Positions 1-13,135 of a DNA stretch of 64,000 nucleotides are shown piece by piece. Position numbers and translations under genes: made by a program. The notes under the pieces were generated by a model. The model made no database searches. It worked only from the letters and a program-made list of their open reading frames with translations, and had not been told where the DNA came from. The stretch's first letter is position 1; each line of letters begins with the position of its first letter. Source of the stretch: Octopus sinensis (taxonomy: Eukaryota); assembly GCF_006345805.1 (NCBI RefSeq), contig NC_043010.1, forward strand, positions 32,054,001 to 32,118,000, in the 5' to 3' direction.

Positions 1-1363
1 ATCTTTAAATTCTCATAAAAAGCTCCTGATTGCATCATTCATGAGAAAGCATTTTGCTTTCTCATGCTATTATTACAATAAGGATTGAATGATCACTGAT
101 TCAACATGAAATATTATCTTTGCAAAAACAGTAGTATCTTTCATTTTTACTTTTCACTATAATGTTTCATTTTTGATAAAATTTTTAAAATGCTTGTTTG
201 AATAAACCCATTTCAAGAAGGTATCAAGTGGGCTGCTGCAAGATAAAAGTCTGTGGGCTACATGCGGCTTACAGGTCACAGGTTGGCTAGCCCATATGCC
301 CTCACACACACACACACACACACCAATATATATGTATATATATATTATGCATAAATAAATACATGTACATTATTTATTTATCCATTCGTGCATATATATA
401 GCACCTAAGTAGATGTCTGATAAACATTTTGCAATGGAGAGACAACCATTGTTGTACTTGTGAAAAAACACCCAGATTCAGTTAACTGAGCCCAATGAGC
501 TAGGTTTTGGTAAAAAGCCTACAAAAATTAAAGTTGTATGAGGCCAAATCAAACTGTTTTTAAATAATAATATATGTAACTCCTCTAAATGTGCTGAGTG
601 CCTTCTTTTGTTTGTCCACTCACCAATATAGATCCACACACACACATACATATATATTAATACTAAAAGGTAATATTTATCTCCCACTTAAAGTAGGTGT
701 TATGTCAGAACATAAAATACTACATTATATACCATGAGAGGACCACTCATATAGACTTGTGGTGCATAAAAGCACTTGTGTTTATACCACTGATGGGCGA
801 TAACTATCTGCTACAGCAGCCACTAGAACAGCCAGATCATGTGATGTCATCCTTCGTTGGACTTGTGTATGGTGGAGTCTATGTATTTATCTATCAATAT
901 TTTTGCCATATACATATACATAGACACTTAGTAGATTGAGTAAAGTGACAGTATATCAAATGATTAATGCATCAGATGTCCGACTTTTAAATCAGAAGTC
1001 CATGTTTTGCTGTCAGCAATCATGTTTTTTGTTTCTTTGATTCAATACTCCCAGCTGGTGACAGAGGCCAGGCACACACAATATATATGCATGTATGTAT
1101 GTAGGGGTTGGTAGGTAAGTATGTGTGTAAAGATGTATATGCGTGTGTGTGTGTGTGTAAAGATGTATATGCATGTGTGTGTATATGTATGTATATATAT
1201 ATATATATATATATGTTCCATGTACTCGTGCTTCATACTTTTTTGTTGTACATATTTCGTGATGTTCTGTGCCCAATGTACATATATGTATGTATATATG
1301 CATATATATATATTATTTATATTACTATATGACTGAACCCCACACATCCTCTTCCATGGAAGT

Positions 1364-1451
<88 letters not shown>

Positions 1452-1993
1452 GTGTATGTGTGTATATATATATATATATATGCACATATATATACACATA
1501 TATATATACATACACATATATATCATGTATATATATAAATTTATATATATATATATCATGTATATTCATATATATATATACAATATACACACTGATAGCC
1601 AGAAAAATATGCATATATACATTAAAAAGTCTTACAGTTATACACACACACACATACACACACACACTCACACACGCACACATAATATCTATTGATGTTT
1701 AGGAGTTGGGAAATGAATAATAAAGGAGAAACTTTTATTTTTCCTAACAGCAAGATTAGGAATTAAAGAGAGGCAGAAGGAGAGAAAGCGATAACGAGAG
1801 AGAGAGAGAGAGAGTAGGTGTGTGTGTGTGTTAAAGAAAATATGGAAGAGGAGATAAATGTATGAGGGAAGGGTAAATGGGGGAATTTATAAGTGAAAAT
1901 GTGTGGGGGGAAACATAAAATGAATGGTAAAGTAATTTTGTTTTATATATGAAGGTATGTAGGGACGTAAGTAAATTGATAGAGAGATAAATA

Positions 1994-2240
1994 CGGTAAT
2001 CCCTCGCCACATCGCGGTTCACTTATTGTGGTTCACCTGTCACAGTTCACCTACAGTGGTTTATTATTTAAGCTTACATCGATTCCTCTGAGGTGTTGTT
2101 TTGTAATAAAATAAATATATACAAATTTTAAAAATATGAAAAAAATTTTTCAGTACAGTACTGTTTCTACTTCGTGGATTTTCACCTATCATGGGGGTGG
2201 GGGTTGGAACATAACATCCGCGATAGTTGAGGGATTGCTG
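1994..2240. mobile_element. Tc1/mariner-superfamily (pogo/Tigger-like) MITE
   Basis: Imperfect ~23-bp TIRs: CGGTAATCCCTCGCCACATCGCGG at the left, and CAGCAATCCCTCAACTATCGCGG as the reverse complement of the right end. TA dinucleotides flank both sides (1992-1993, 2241-2242). No ORF. Confidence 0.8.
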
Positions 2241-2381
2241 TAGATATATTTCTTTTAAAAAATCAATGGAGCACATTCAAAATCGATGTTGCTGTTATGA
2301 CCAATATGTAATATATATTTTATGTGTGTGTATTTATACATATATTTATATCCTAATCATTCCATCATATGCATATATAAC

Positions 2382-2417
<36 letters not shown>

Positions 2418-3523
2418 TGAATTTATGTATATACATGCATATGTGTATGTATATATTTGTATATGTATGTATATATATATATATATATATAATGTATATA
2501 TGTACATATATACATGTATATATATATGTATATATATGTGTGTATATATATATATGTATATATATGTATATATATATATATGTATATATATATGCATATA
2601 TATGTATATATATGTATATATATATGTATATAAATATATATGTATATATATATATGTATACATACATATATATATACACATATATGACTATAAATATATA
2701 CCGCGCTCATGCATGTGTGTAGATATATTAAACAGTAGTGGCAGTAATAAAACTGGCTAAGCTAGATGTATCAGTGGGCATGATATTTATCCTATTAGGA
2801 ATATCTTACCATTGCTCTGTCATCTACATGATATCAGAAATATTGGATGAACAACAAGTGAAGGGGTTGTAGTGGTGGTGGCAGCGGTGACATTAAAGAA
2901 CACAGGAGACACTGAGAGGCCTAAAGGAAAACAGGGCAGGTAGTTGTGAAGCTGTAGGAAGGAGAGAAGAGGGAAGAGATAGGGAGAAAGAGAAACCAAT
3001 GTTAACCATCTGTAATGTAATATATACATATATATATATTGGTAAACTGGCTGACTCATTAGATGTCAGAGAGTGTTCTTTATAGCTTACATTTTAATGA
3101 TCAGGTCTCTGAGTTCAAATCCTGCTAAAATCAATTTTACCCTCAAACCTTTTGGGGTGCGGTGAGATGGGATCGATAAATGGCGCATTAATCCAAGGTT
3201 AGATTTGTTTCTATGTCTTAGGAAGAACTCAGCTGTAATAAGACATAGAGAGGCTATGCCAGTTTTAAAATGCTCAAGCTACACAGCACACAATAACAAC
3301 CCCTTCAACTACTTCAGGATTCACAGGAATAATGTCATATATACATATATAAATATATGTGTGTGTATGTGTGCATGTGTATTTTCATATATATATATAT
3401 ATATATATATATGGTGTGTTTTTGATTATAATGTGTATATCTTTGCATTCTGATATGTGTATAAGAATGTATGAACATACATATAATATATATATATATA
3501 TATGTATATACATATACATATAT

Positions 3524-3554
<31 letters not shown>

Positions 3555-3646
3555 TATATATTATATATATATAATATATATGTATATATATACATACATA
3601 CATGCATGTGTTTATATATATATATAAACATACATACACACACATG

Positions 3647-3717
<71 letters not shown>

Positions 3718-4917
3718 TGGTTGAGTCAATCGCTTGTTTTCATGTTTTCATTGAAGATTGGGAAAAAAGGAGATCACTGCTAATTTTTCTTAACAACTAT
3801 CATGTGATGTCAATTTAAGAGGATAAGCACATATGCTTGCATGCATGCATACATACACATTCATGCACAGACATACACACATACAGAGGACCATAGTAGA
3901 AGACGCTACATACATACATACTCACATACTCAACCAAAATGAAATATCATTAACCTCTATCATGATATCGGGTACACTTTTTCCAGCAATTAATACAGAT
4001 ATATATATATATATATATAATATATATATATATATATCAAAGGTAGAACAGAAAAAAAAAAACAACAAATGAACACAACATGCAGGAAAAGGATGAAAGC
4101 ACAACAACAGTAAATAAGACAAACCAAGATCCATGGATCATACACAGCCAATTGCCACTTCAGCCGAAATCCAGAATGTCAACATAGTTTCTTCCATTTA
4201 ATTCCAGTTCTTCTACTTGAAACTGGCTGAGCCAAGGACTCAAGTTAAAAGCATTAAGCCCCTGGGCAAGGCAAACGAATATACATATACAGAAACAAAA
4301 GTAAACAACAGAAAGGGCCTTTTGACCATTGGACGAATGTAACTTATGAAATAGAATTATACATATACAATGGACAAGTGCCTTTTGGCTATACAATTAA
4401 AGGACCATAATTATGCAATTGCAACAAAAATAAAAAACAAAATAAACAGGGTCTTTCGTCTATCAGACAAGTGTAGTAAGCTAGCACAAGGGAAATGGAA
4501 AACAATCATAACTGACCAGGCGGCAGGACAGAACAGAACAGATGTGACCAACCTCAATGGCGGCTGGCCGAAAAGGGACAACAAAGCCCGAACCAGACAG
4601 CAATCACGTGGTAGGGGAGGGGAGGATTTGAAGAGGGCAGATGGACTATGGAATAGGAGAGGGGAAAGAAATTAGAGGGACCAAAGAATGAGAAGGAGAG
4701 GGAGAGAAAAAGGCACAAGGGAGGTAAGTGAAGAAGGAAAGCAAAAGAGATTGAAGAATAAGATGGAGGGGGAAAGGGAGAAAGAGTGAGAGAGAAAGAG
4801 AAAGAGGAGGAAGGAATATGGGTAAAAGGTGAGGAAAAGTGAGTGAGAGTCGTATATAATGTGCAAAGGGTATCTTTTTTACAAAGTAAACAAGTTGTGT
4901 ATGTATATGTATATATG

Positions 4918-4977
<60 letters not shown>

Positions 4978-4978
4978 T

Positions 4979-5011
<33 letters not shown>

Positions 5012-5024
5012 CCGGCATTCACCA

Positions 5025-5209
5025 TGATAGATTGATAGCCACTGAACCTTTTTTTTATTTTCTCTGTCTGTTTATTTCTGTGTTCCTTTCTGTTGAAGAG
5101 CATAGGCTTGAAACATAAAAGACATTCTCACTTCCTGAGTGTTAAACTAATACGTGTTTGTTGTTTACACACCTGTCTTCATCTTTTGTTTTTTTTGTAA
5201 ATTCTCACT
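5025..5209 (+). mobile_element. PLE-type terminal repeat fragment with hammerhead-like motif (family also at 13445 and 37820)
   Basis: CCTTT-CTGTTGA-A-GAGC-ATAG-GCTT-GAAA-CATA-AAAGAC at 5083-5123. The downstream ~90 bp is homologous to 13514-13602. Ends in (TA)n. Confidence 0.55.
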
Positions 5210-5230
5210 ATATATATATATATATATATA

Positions 5231-6192
5231 TAATATGGATAGCTTATTAGCAATTTAACAAACTAAAGGCAAATTTATAGACTTCACTAAAGTGACAGAG
5301 GGTATGAAGTAGTGCCAGCATTGCTAGAAACAAGAGTCAAAACAACTCAATAATCACAGAAGCACTATCTAAATGACTGACAAGGGAGACAAGCTCCCTA
5401 GCAGATATAACCAGATCACTGCTGATTTCAAATTTTGATGCAGAGTACTGCCCCAGTTAAATGACTGCAGTTAAATGACTGAAACAAGTAAAAGGTGTAT
5501 TTCACCCCTGCAGTTAATTTGAAACAAAACACAGCATTGGATGTTTAAAGTGCATTTGGATACCTAACCTGATGATGACTTGTGATTAGGCATCCAAATG
5601 CACTTGAAACATCCAATGTTGAGTTTTGAATATCTAAAATGTTGAAATGTACATAGGAACTAAATATTTATGCTGGTATTTAACATAGTTTTTTCTACCA
5701 TATATATATATATATATAATATATATAATATGGATAGCTTATTAGCAATTTAACAAACTAAAGGCAAATTTATAGACTTCACTAAAGTGACAGAGGGTAT
5801 GAAGTAGTGCCAGCATTGCTAGAAACAAGAGTCAAAACAACTCAATAATCACAGAAGCACTATCTAAATGACTGACAAGGGAGACAAGCTCCCTAGCAGA
5901 TATAACCAGATCACTGCTGATTTCAAATTTTGATGCAGAGTACTGCCCCAGTTAAATGACTGCAGTTAAATGACTGAAACAAGTAAAAGGTGTATTTCAC
6001 CCCTGCAGTTAATTTGAAACAAAACACAGCATTGGATGTTTAAAGTGCATTTGGATACCTAACCTGATGATGACTTGTGATTAGGCATCCAAATGCACTT
6101 GAAACATCCAATGTTGAGTTTTGAATATCTAAAATGTTGAAATGTACATAGGAACTAAATATTTATGCTGGTATTTAACATAGTTTTTTCTA

Positions 6193-6195
<3 letters not shown>
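5231..6195. repeat. Tandem duplication of a 470-bp unit (period 495)
   Basis: 5231-5700 and 5726-6195 appear identical by eye. They are separated and flanked by (TA)n. Confidence 0.95.
5525..5628. repeat. Hairpin, ~43-bp arms and 18-nt loop (second copy 6020-6123)
   Basis: CAAAACACAGCATTGGATGTTTAAAGTGCATTTGGATACCTAA pairs with TTAGGCATCCAAATGCACTTGAAACATCCAATGTTGAGTTTTG. Confidence 0.85.
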
Positions 6196-6222
<27 letters not shown>

Positions 6223-6224
<2 letters not shown>

Positions 6225-6562
6225 CAATTGCAGTGTAGAAGGTGTTTATAAGCCATTTAAGAAACACACAAAATTGTTAGATTCACTTCAACATTTAAAT
6301 TTAATTTGTCAAAATATTTTCGTCGCTTTGCGACTGCGACCTGTTCACTGACAAAATTTTGTGCTGCACAAAGTTTTGTCAGTGAACAGGTTGCGGTCTC
6401 AAAGCGCCGAAAATATTTTGACAAATTAAATTTAAATGTTGAAGTGAATCTAACAGTTTTGTGTGTTTCTTAAATGGCTTATAAACACCTTCCACGTTGC
6501 AATTGTTTACGTTCCAGCACACGATCTCAGATCAAGTCACTCGCTATGCAAGTACAACTCTG

Positions 6563-6565
<3 letters not shown>
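6223..6565. mobile_element. Foldback element, 142-bp arms (6223-6364 / 6366-6507) plus one-sided extension, flanked by (TA)n
   Basis: Arms match at 133/142 positions by manual alignment, with a 1-nt loop at 6365. The right arm continues ~58 bp to a (TA)n tract. Confidence 0.9.
6305..6355 (-). ncRNA. Minimal type I hammerhead-like ribozyme with G3:C8 core variant (degenerate mirror copy 6375-6425 on +)
   Basis: Minus strand reads UUUGUCA-GUGAACA-G-GUCGC[AGUCGCAAA]GCGAC-GAAA-AUAU-UU-UGACAAA. Stem I is 7 bp, stem II is 5 bp, and helix III is the palindrome AAAAUAUUUU. Confidence 0.6.
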
Positions 6566-6596
<31 letters not shown>

Positions 6597-7224
6597 TCTA
6601 ATTTATTCACGTCTGCTACTTTACAATGACTTTTGGTAATGATAGAGTTAAAAGGCAATGTAGATCAAGGATGGATTTCAACTCAGAATTAAAGAACCAG
6701 AACAAATATCACAAGGCATTTCCCCAACTCTGTAATGATTCTACCAGCTTGAATTATATATATGCATGTATGCATGCATGCATCAATGTATGTGTATATT
6801 TGTATGTGTATGTATTGTGTGTGTGTGTGAATGTGTATGTATATGCATGTGTATATGTGTGTCTGTGTATGTGTGTATGTGTACATATGTATGTGTGTGT
6901 GTGTGTGTGTGTGTCTGTCTGTCTATCCATCTGTGTTTGTCTGTCTGAAGTTTTATTGAAGTTAGTGCCAGATTAGATCATTTCAGTTTTATTTGTTGAT
7001 TTGCTTGAAGTTTATTTTTGTTTATCTTTTTATTGTTCCTGTTTGTATGTTAGATTACAGAAAATTGATAGCTGGGGTTTGTCTGTATGTTCTGTATGTG
7101 AGTGAGAGTATATCTGTGTTATGTCGGTCTGTTTGTGTCAGCTTAATTCAGTTTGTAGAAACCATCCATTTATGACCAGACTGAATGTCATATTTCATTA
7201 TGTATTATTAGATGATGCTGCTGC

Positions 7225-7925
7225 TGTTGTTTAGCCCCTGGTCAACCCTGATCAAAGAGCTGTACTTACAAAAAGCATTCTAACCATGGTCATCTTGTTT
7301 CCTTTATATTTATTACCACATTGTCCTGATTCAATGTGTCCTTGTTTTTTCAATGTAAGATAGTAGGTATAGTTAAAAGATTTGGCTGCTATATCTAGGA
7401 ATCAAACAACAGAGTAGACACCTCCTCATTGGCTTATGGATGTTGTTATTGTTGATGTTATCATGATGCTTGTTGTTGTTGTAGTTGGTGGTGATGGTGT
7501 TGATGCTGATGATACCATAATTAGTAATGTTGCTTAGTTTTAGATGAACCTCTTTGGAACCGATCTATGGTCAAAGGTTTTTCCAGCTATGACCATCCTG
7601 TATTTCACTTAACCAAGTATTCTATTGATTAATGAATCACCACTTTTTTATATATTATATCTAAGATTGTAAAGTGTGATTTCAGAAAGATTTGGCTGCT
7701 ATTTCTGGTAGATATATAAATTAAGCACAATCAACCTCAGCTTTTTGAAGATGCCTTTATTGTCATTGGTGCTCTTGTTGTTTATTCTTAAGTCAAACCA
7801 TATCCAGCAGACTAACTATCAAAGATATCCAAGCCTCAACTATTCAATCTGTTTTTAGTCGTAGCATCTCTTAGATTACGTTATCCAATGTTTTGTACCA
7901 TTTCTAAGGCTGTAGTGTATGACAT
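7225..7925 (+). repeat. Cluster of about three degenerate copies of an interspersed repeat (related pieces near 10900 and 12770)
   Basis: Recurring motifs GTTGTTTAGCCC..GTCAACCCTGATC, ATGACCATC and AGATTTGGCTGCTAT(A/T)TCT (7378, 7688). Confidence 0.45.
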
Positions 7926-7990
7926 GTCTACTTTAGCCCTGGGGCCAACGAAAGTTCTGTGAATTAATTTAGTAAATAGAAACTGTGAGG

Positions 7991-8173
7991 TATTTTGTCT
8001 GCCGGTATGTTCTGAGTTCAAATTCCGCCAAGGTCGACTTTGCCTTTCATCCTTTCAGGGTCGATAAATTAAGTTCCAGTTACACACTGGGACTTGATGT
8101 AATCAACTTAATCCGTTTGTCTGCACTTGTTTGTCCCCTCTATGTTTAGCCCCTTGTGGGCAATAAAGAAATA
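7991..8173 (+). mobile_element. 5'-truncated tRNA-derived SINE (family B) nested in an older family A SINE
   Basis: B-box GAGTTCAAATTCC and body GGTCGACTTTGCCTTTCATCC...AGCCCCTTGTGGG. A 13-bp TSD AGAAA(C/T)TGTGAGG lies at 7978-7990 and 8174-8186. Confidence 0.85.
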
Positions 8174-10341
8174 AGAAATTGTGAGGAAGCCCATCATGTG
8201 TGTGTATGTGTGTATGTAACTTAGTGGTTCAGCAAAAAAGACCAATAGAATAAGTATTGGGATCAATTTGTTTCACTAAAGGCTGTGTCCCAGTACGACT
8301 GTCATGGGCAGTAGTTGTGAGTGTCACTGTCATGCAAGAGGTGTTCTTTGTTTCCAATCTTCTACATAATCATGTCTGGGCAATGTGAAACAGATGGAGG
8401 TTAGTGGCATGAAAGACATTCAGCTATACAAAATCTATCTAATCCTTGTGAGCATGAAAGAGTATATGTTTCACATATATTACATGGATAATAATATTTT
8501 CAACCGAGATGATGCAAACATATCTGATTGTTCAAGTGATTTAATTCTGTGTACGTATATATTTACTCAATTGCTGACATTCATCAGTGGTTTCTCCCAT
8601 TGTTTCAATGTGCCATTTCCTATCTTTAATAAAACTGTCAGCATTTTTGACAACACAGGTATGCTAGGATAATGAAATGCTGATTGTCACTATGTATTAT
8701 AAGTGCTAGGTTTAAGGAAAAATTACTATATATGTTATTGAGCTAAAGACAAAGTTATCATCTTCAAGAAATAATCTGAATATAAACCTAAGTGTTTTTA
8801 CTGTGTTTAAAATATCCTTCCCAGTGCCAACCATACTGCAGTGTGCACTGGGTGCTATTTTTCAAGGCACCAACACTAGTGAATTTGTCATGCAGCTTTC
8901 AAAATTACAAACCCTTGAGAGGACCAACTTTATGCTAGGAGATTGAGAAGTAGAGAGGACTAAAGTATGAGAGAAAAGGTCTGGAGTAGAACAGGTTTCT
9001 TACTTTAGAAAAGCTAGATGAATACTCACAATTTAGAAGAGAGTGGAGGCAAAATGCAATAAAAAATAGTGGTGTTGCAGTCTCAGGTCATACTGTCAAG
9101 GTATGGGGTATGTAGGAATAAGTGGGGGAGGAAGGTATGTCTAATAGTGCAGCATGGCAGAATAAAATTGATGTTACAGTGAACAGGAGGACAAAAGAGA
9201 GATGACATGCTAGTGGATAGGGAAGATAGGTATGTGCAGTGTATGGGGAGGATGAGACATTTGGTGGTGGGAAAGGAGAGATAATTTAGTGGCACAGTGG
9301 GGTGGGGTGAACAATGAAAGTATGGATAGAGATCAGTGTTAATAGATAAAGGATGGACAAGTGAAGTGGTTCAGAGTAGTAAGAAAAGTGGTTTCAAGGA
9401 AGAACTACAGATGGGCGATGGTGGTAAGTGACTTGAGGGGGAAGGAAATTGGGCATAAAGCTCTGTTGTTAACTTACACACACAGTTCTACCTGAACTTA
9501 GTTTTGCTAAAGTGGTGGGTCTTCTCAAGAATTGCATTTCAGCAGCCATCCTCATCATTTAACATTTCCTCCATGATGTTTAGGTCCTAAGATCATCCTT
9601 ATTAATATATATTAAAAAATTCAAACAGCCCAAATCATAACATCCTGTAATGTATTAATTTACAGAACAGGACATGTGTTAGACTTCAGTGTATAGAAAT
9701 GAAGCTATAAATTGTGTGTATAACCTAAAAGAATTAACATCTAATAGGGAAACATATATGTTAGTTAATTTATGTAAACTTAATTTACATACCATTGTGG
9801 AAAAATATATTCAATATAGAGAAATAAATTACAAATTGTAAGTATGTTATTGAGGGTATAGTGTATATTATTGATAGTAAATGTTATAGAAATGTAGAAA
9901 TGTTGCGTTGATTTAGAAATGTTTCTGTTCTTGGTTAACTTGCAGAAAGGTGAAAATGAAAGAAATATATAATATAGTTGTCTAGAATCAGATTGCTGCA
10001 ACCATTTCAGAGAGAATACAGGAAAATATAAGGAAATGTTACTGTTGATCAATATGTCAATGAATGTGGAGGATTTTATTAGAAGAGAAAATTCAATTTA
10101 TGTTTAATTCCATAGTGGAAAAAAGATAGTATTTGATGTAGCAGAATGAATTGCACCAACTAAGTATATTACCAAGGGAACTACAAAATAAGCAGGATAG
10201 GTTTGCTGGATGGATGGATGAATGGCTACATACATACATACATACATACATACATACATACATACATACATCTGGGTGCTAAGTAGAAATGAAAGATGTG
10301 TTAATGTGTGTATATATAATAATATGTATGTGTGCATGTGT

Positions 10342-10349
10342 GTGCATAC

Positions 10350-10400
<51 letters not shown>

Positions 10401-10422
10401 GCATTCCTAAGGTATTTTTTGA

Positions 10423-10494
<72 letters not shown>

Positions 10495-10511
10495 TATTAT
10501 TATTATTATTA

Positions 10512-10572
<61 letters not shown>

Positions 10573-10585
10573 TTTATTATTTTTA
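10342..10585. repeat. (AAT)n followed by (TAT)n microsatellites in inverted arrangement
   Basis: Direct reading; a ~25-nt unique spacer separates the tracts. Confidence 0.9.
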
Positions 10586-10770
10586 TTCAGGTGACCTGAA
10601 TAATAATAATAATAATAACTTTGAAAAATATCTTAGGAATGAGAACCCAGGTTCGAAATTTTCCCAAGACACCTGATGAAGGCTGGAGGGTATATCAGCA
10701 GAAACATTGTGCTAACAACAAACAAGATGAGGACAAATATCCATGAAATGTAAATAATGTAAATAATGTA
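10586..10770 (+). mobile_element. PLE-type short element with hammerhead-like motif at 10668-10713
   Basis: GACAC-CTGATGA-A-GGCTG[GAGGGTATAT]CAGCA-GAAA-CA-TT-GTGCT. It is preceded by the hairpin TTATTCAGGT-G-ACCTGAATAA centred at 10593. Confidence 0.6.
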
Positions 10771-12889
10771 GCTCTAACATGCTATCTTAAAGATAGCCTG
10801 AATACATATCATTTATTCAATATCTCTATATGGAAGTAAGGAGGTACATGAAGTGACCAAGAGAATTTCTCATTGGTTGGAAATATCTATTGTTCTTGTT
10901 GTTTAGCAGTAGATCAATCCTAGATTGAGCAGATCTATGATGAAAACCTCTTATTTATAAGTCAAGGATTGTATTCTCTTATCACGTTTGTTATACAAAG
11001 AAAGGTATCTACAATTATACTATCTATGTCCTTTTAAGAATAGTACGTCTTGTTGACTGATATGTATGTGTTTACGCTTGCACACACACACATATTAGTA
11101 TATATACACACATCAACACATCTTTCATTTCTACTCAGCACCCAGATCTATATATGTATGTATGTATGTATGTAGCCATCTCTTAAAAGTAGAACTGTAT
11201 GTTAGTGCTAGTAACTAATTAAGTTAGATGTAATTAAAGCAGTTTTAAACTCCCTTCTTCCCGTCATCTGACATATCTTTAATCTTTATCTTCATCTTTT
11301 TTCACTTGATGTCAAGAAAATCTGTGAAAAAATAATTAGGTTGTTGTTTATACTTTTGAGTATTTTGTTATTCTGGCTGATGTTGTCTTATTGTAGACAT
11401 TTAAGAAACATTATCTTCATACTCGTTTTCATTATTCTCGTCACTGTTGTCATGGTTATAGTCAACACTGCAACTATCATTATCACCATCATTGCTATTA
11501 CAACTGTTATAATCCTCAATACCATCAGCACCACCAAAAACATCACCTGCTATCCCGTCATTGTTGTCATCATCATCGTCACCATTATCATCATTGTCAT
11601 CATCACCATTACATCATCATCAGCAGCAGCAGTAGGGGTAACAACAGCATTCATTGCAGTGAGTGGTGGTAGTTATGGTGATAGTGATAGTGATTGTGGT
11701 GGTGGTGGGGGGGGGGGGTTGATTGTAATGATGGAAATTGAGGTATAGTGATAAGTTGTGGTAATTGTGATGGTGGTGGTACTGGCAGTGATGAGGAGTG
11801 GCAGTAGTGGCAGTGGTAGTAGGGACTGTGGTGGTAATGTTGAGAGTGGTGGTGATGGTTGAGGTGTGGTGGAAGTGGTGATGGCAGTGGTTGCCATTCT
11901 GGTAGTGGCAGTGGTTGTTGTGATGGTAGTGGTGCTGGTGGTGGTGATAAAGGTGATGAAATGAATGTTCCGGTTAAATTGTGTCTCTGTTCTGTATGAC
12001 TGACAATCATGTCATTTGATCAGACCAACAAACCATTGTTACATGAACCGGAACATTGCCATGGAACTCTACACACCCAACATTCTCCACATTATTCTCT
12101 TCCCCATCTCTATTCCACCACTTCCCTGTGTGTATGCGCGTGTGTATGTGTGTGTGTGTGTGAGTGTGTGTGTGTGCATGCCTGTGCATGTGTTTGTGTA
12201 TATATGTCTGGATATTGTGTATGTGTATGTCTGGACATATATATATATATATACGTGAGTGTGTGATTGTGCATGTGTGTGCATTTGCACGTACACATGC
12301 TTGTGTGTATATATCTGGATATATGTGTGTGTAAGTGGTTATAGCATTTTGTTGTTGGATAGGCTTGTGTTTAGGTAAGTAAATAACAAATTCAGTGTTG
12401 ATCATCATCCACATCATCTCCATCACACTGACCCCACTTGATCCTCCATGTTAATTAGGGTGTGATTGATCTGCTAGTACAATAACTCCTCTTCTACATC
12501 TATCATATATTACCCACACATCATTTTGGCCATTCCATCAAATCCTTAATGCCATTACTCTCACATTTAAAATACACCAATTCTTTAAAATATCAACAGT
12601 TAAGCTTTTCTCATTGTATAACCCAGGTATTAATTGCACTTATAGTGTTGTGTAACCTTGGTGATAAAAGTAATTGTATTGTGTTGCCATGGTGATAACA
12701 ATAATTTTATTGTATTACTATGGTGATGATGCTAATAATACTGTGTTACTATGGTATTGTTGCTGCTATTTTTTAACCCCAGCTCAATCCTAATTGAGCA
12801 GATCTCTAACCAAAGCAGTCCAGCTAGGATCATTTTATTTTACATATAGTGTATCTTGGACAGTCTGTTTGTGTGTATGTGTGATTGTG

Positions 12890-13135
12890 GTCATCATCAT
12901 CATTTAATGTACATGTTCCTGCCTGGAACATGGTCAGTTTGATAAGATGTAGACTGGTCAGTTTGATAAGATTTGAAGGGTCCAAGAACTGCATCATGCT
13001 CCAGTGCCCACTTTGGCATGATTCCTATTGCTGTATGCTCTTCAGAACATCAGCCGCTTTACATTGCGTATTGGGTGTATTTTCTATACCCCCAACACTA
13101 GTAAGTTTACCATGCAGCTTACAAAAACATGAAAC
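12890..13135 (-). mobile_element. Degenerate SINE/LINE 3' end with (GAT)n tail
   Basis: (CAT)n-TTTAATGT start resembles the better-preserved copy at 42192. Confidence 0.4.

Noticed and set aside
1013-3818. Many 60-177 aa ORFs rich in Y/I/C/V/H/T (also throughout the window)
   Set aside because: They are translations of (TA)n, (CA)n and (TG)n microsatellites, which lack stop codons.
4178-4220. Hammerhead-like motif on minus strand (UAGAAGA...GAAACUAUGUU)
   Set aside because: The core is mismatched and neither stem I nor stem II pairs convincingly.
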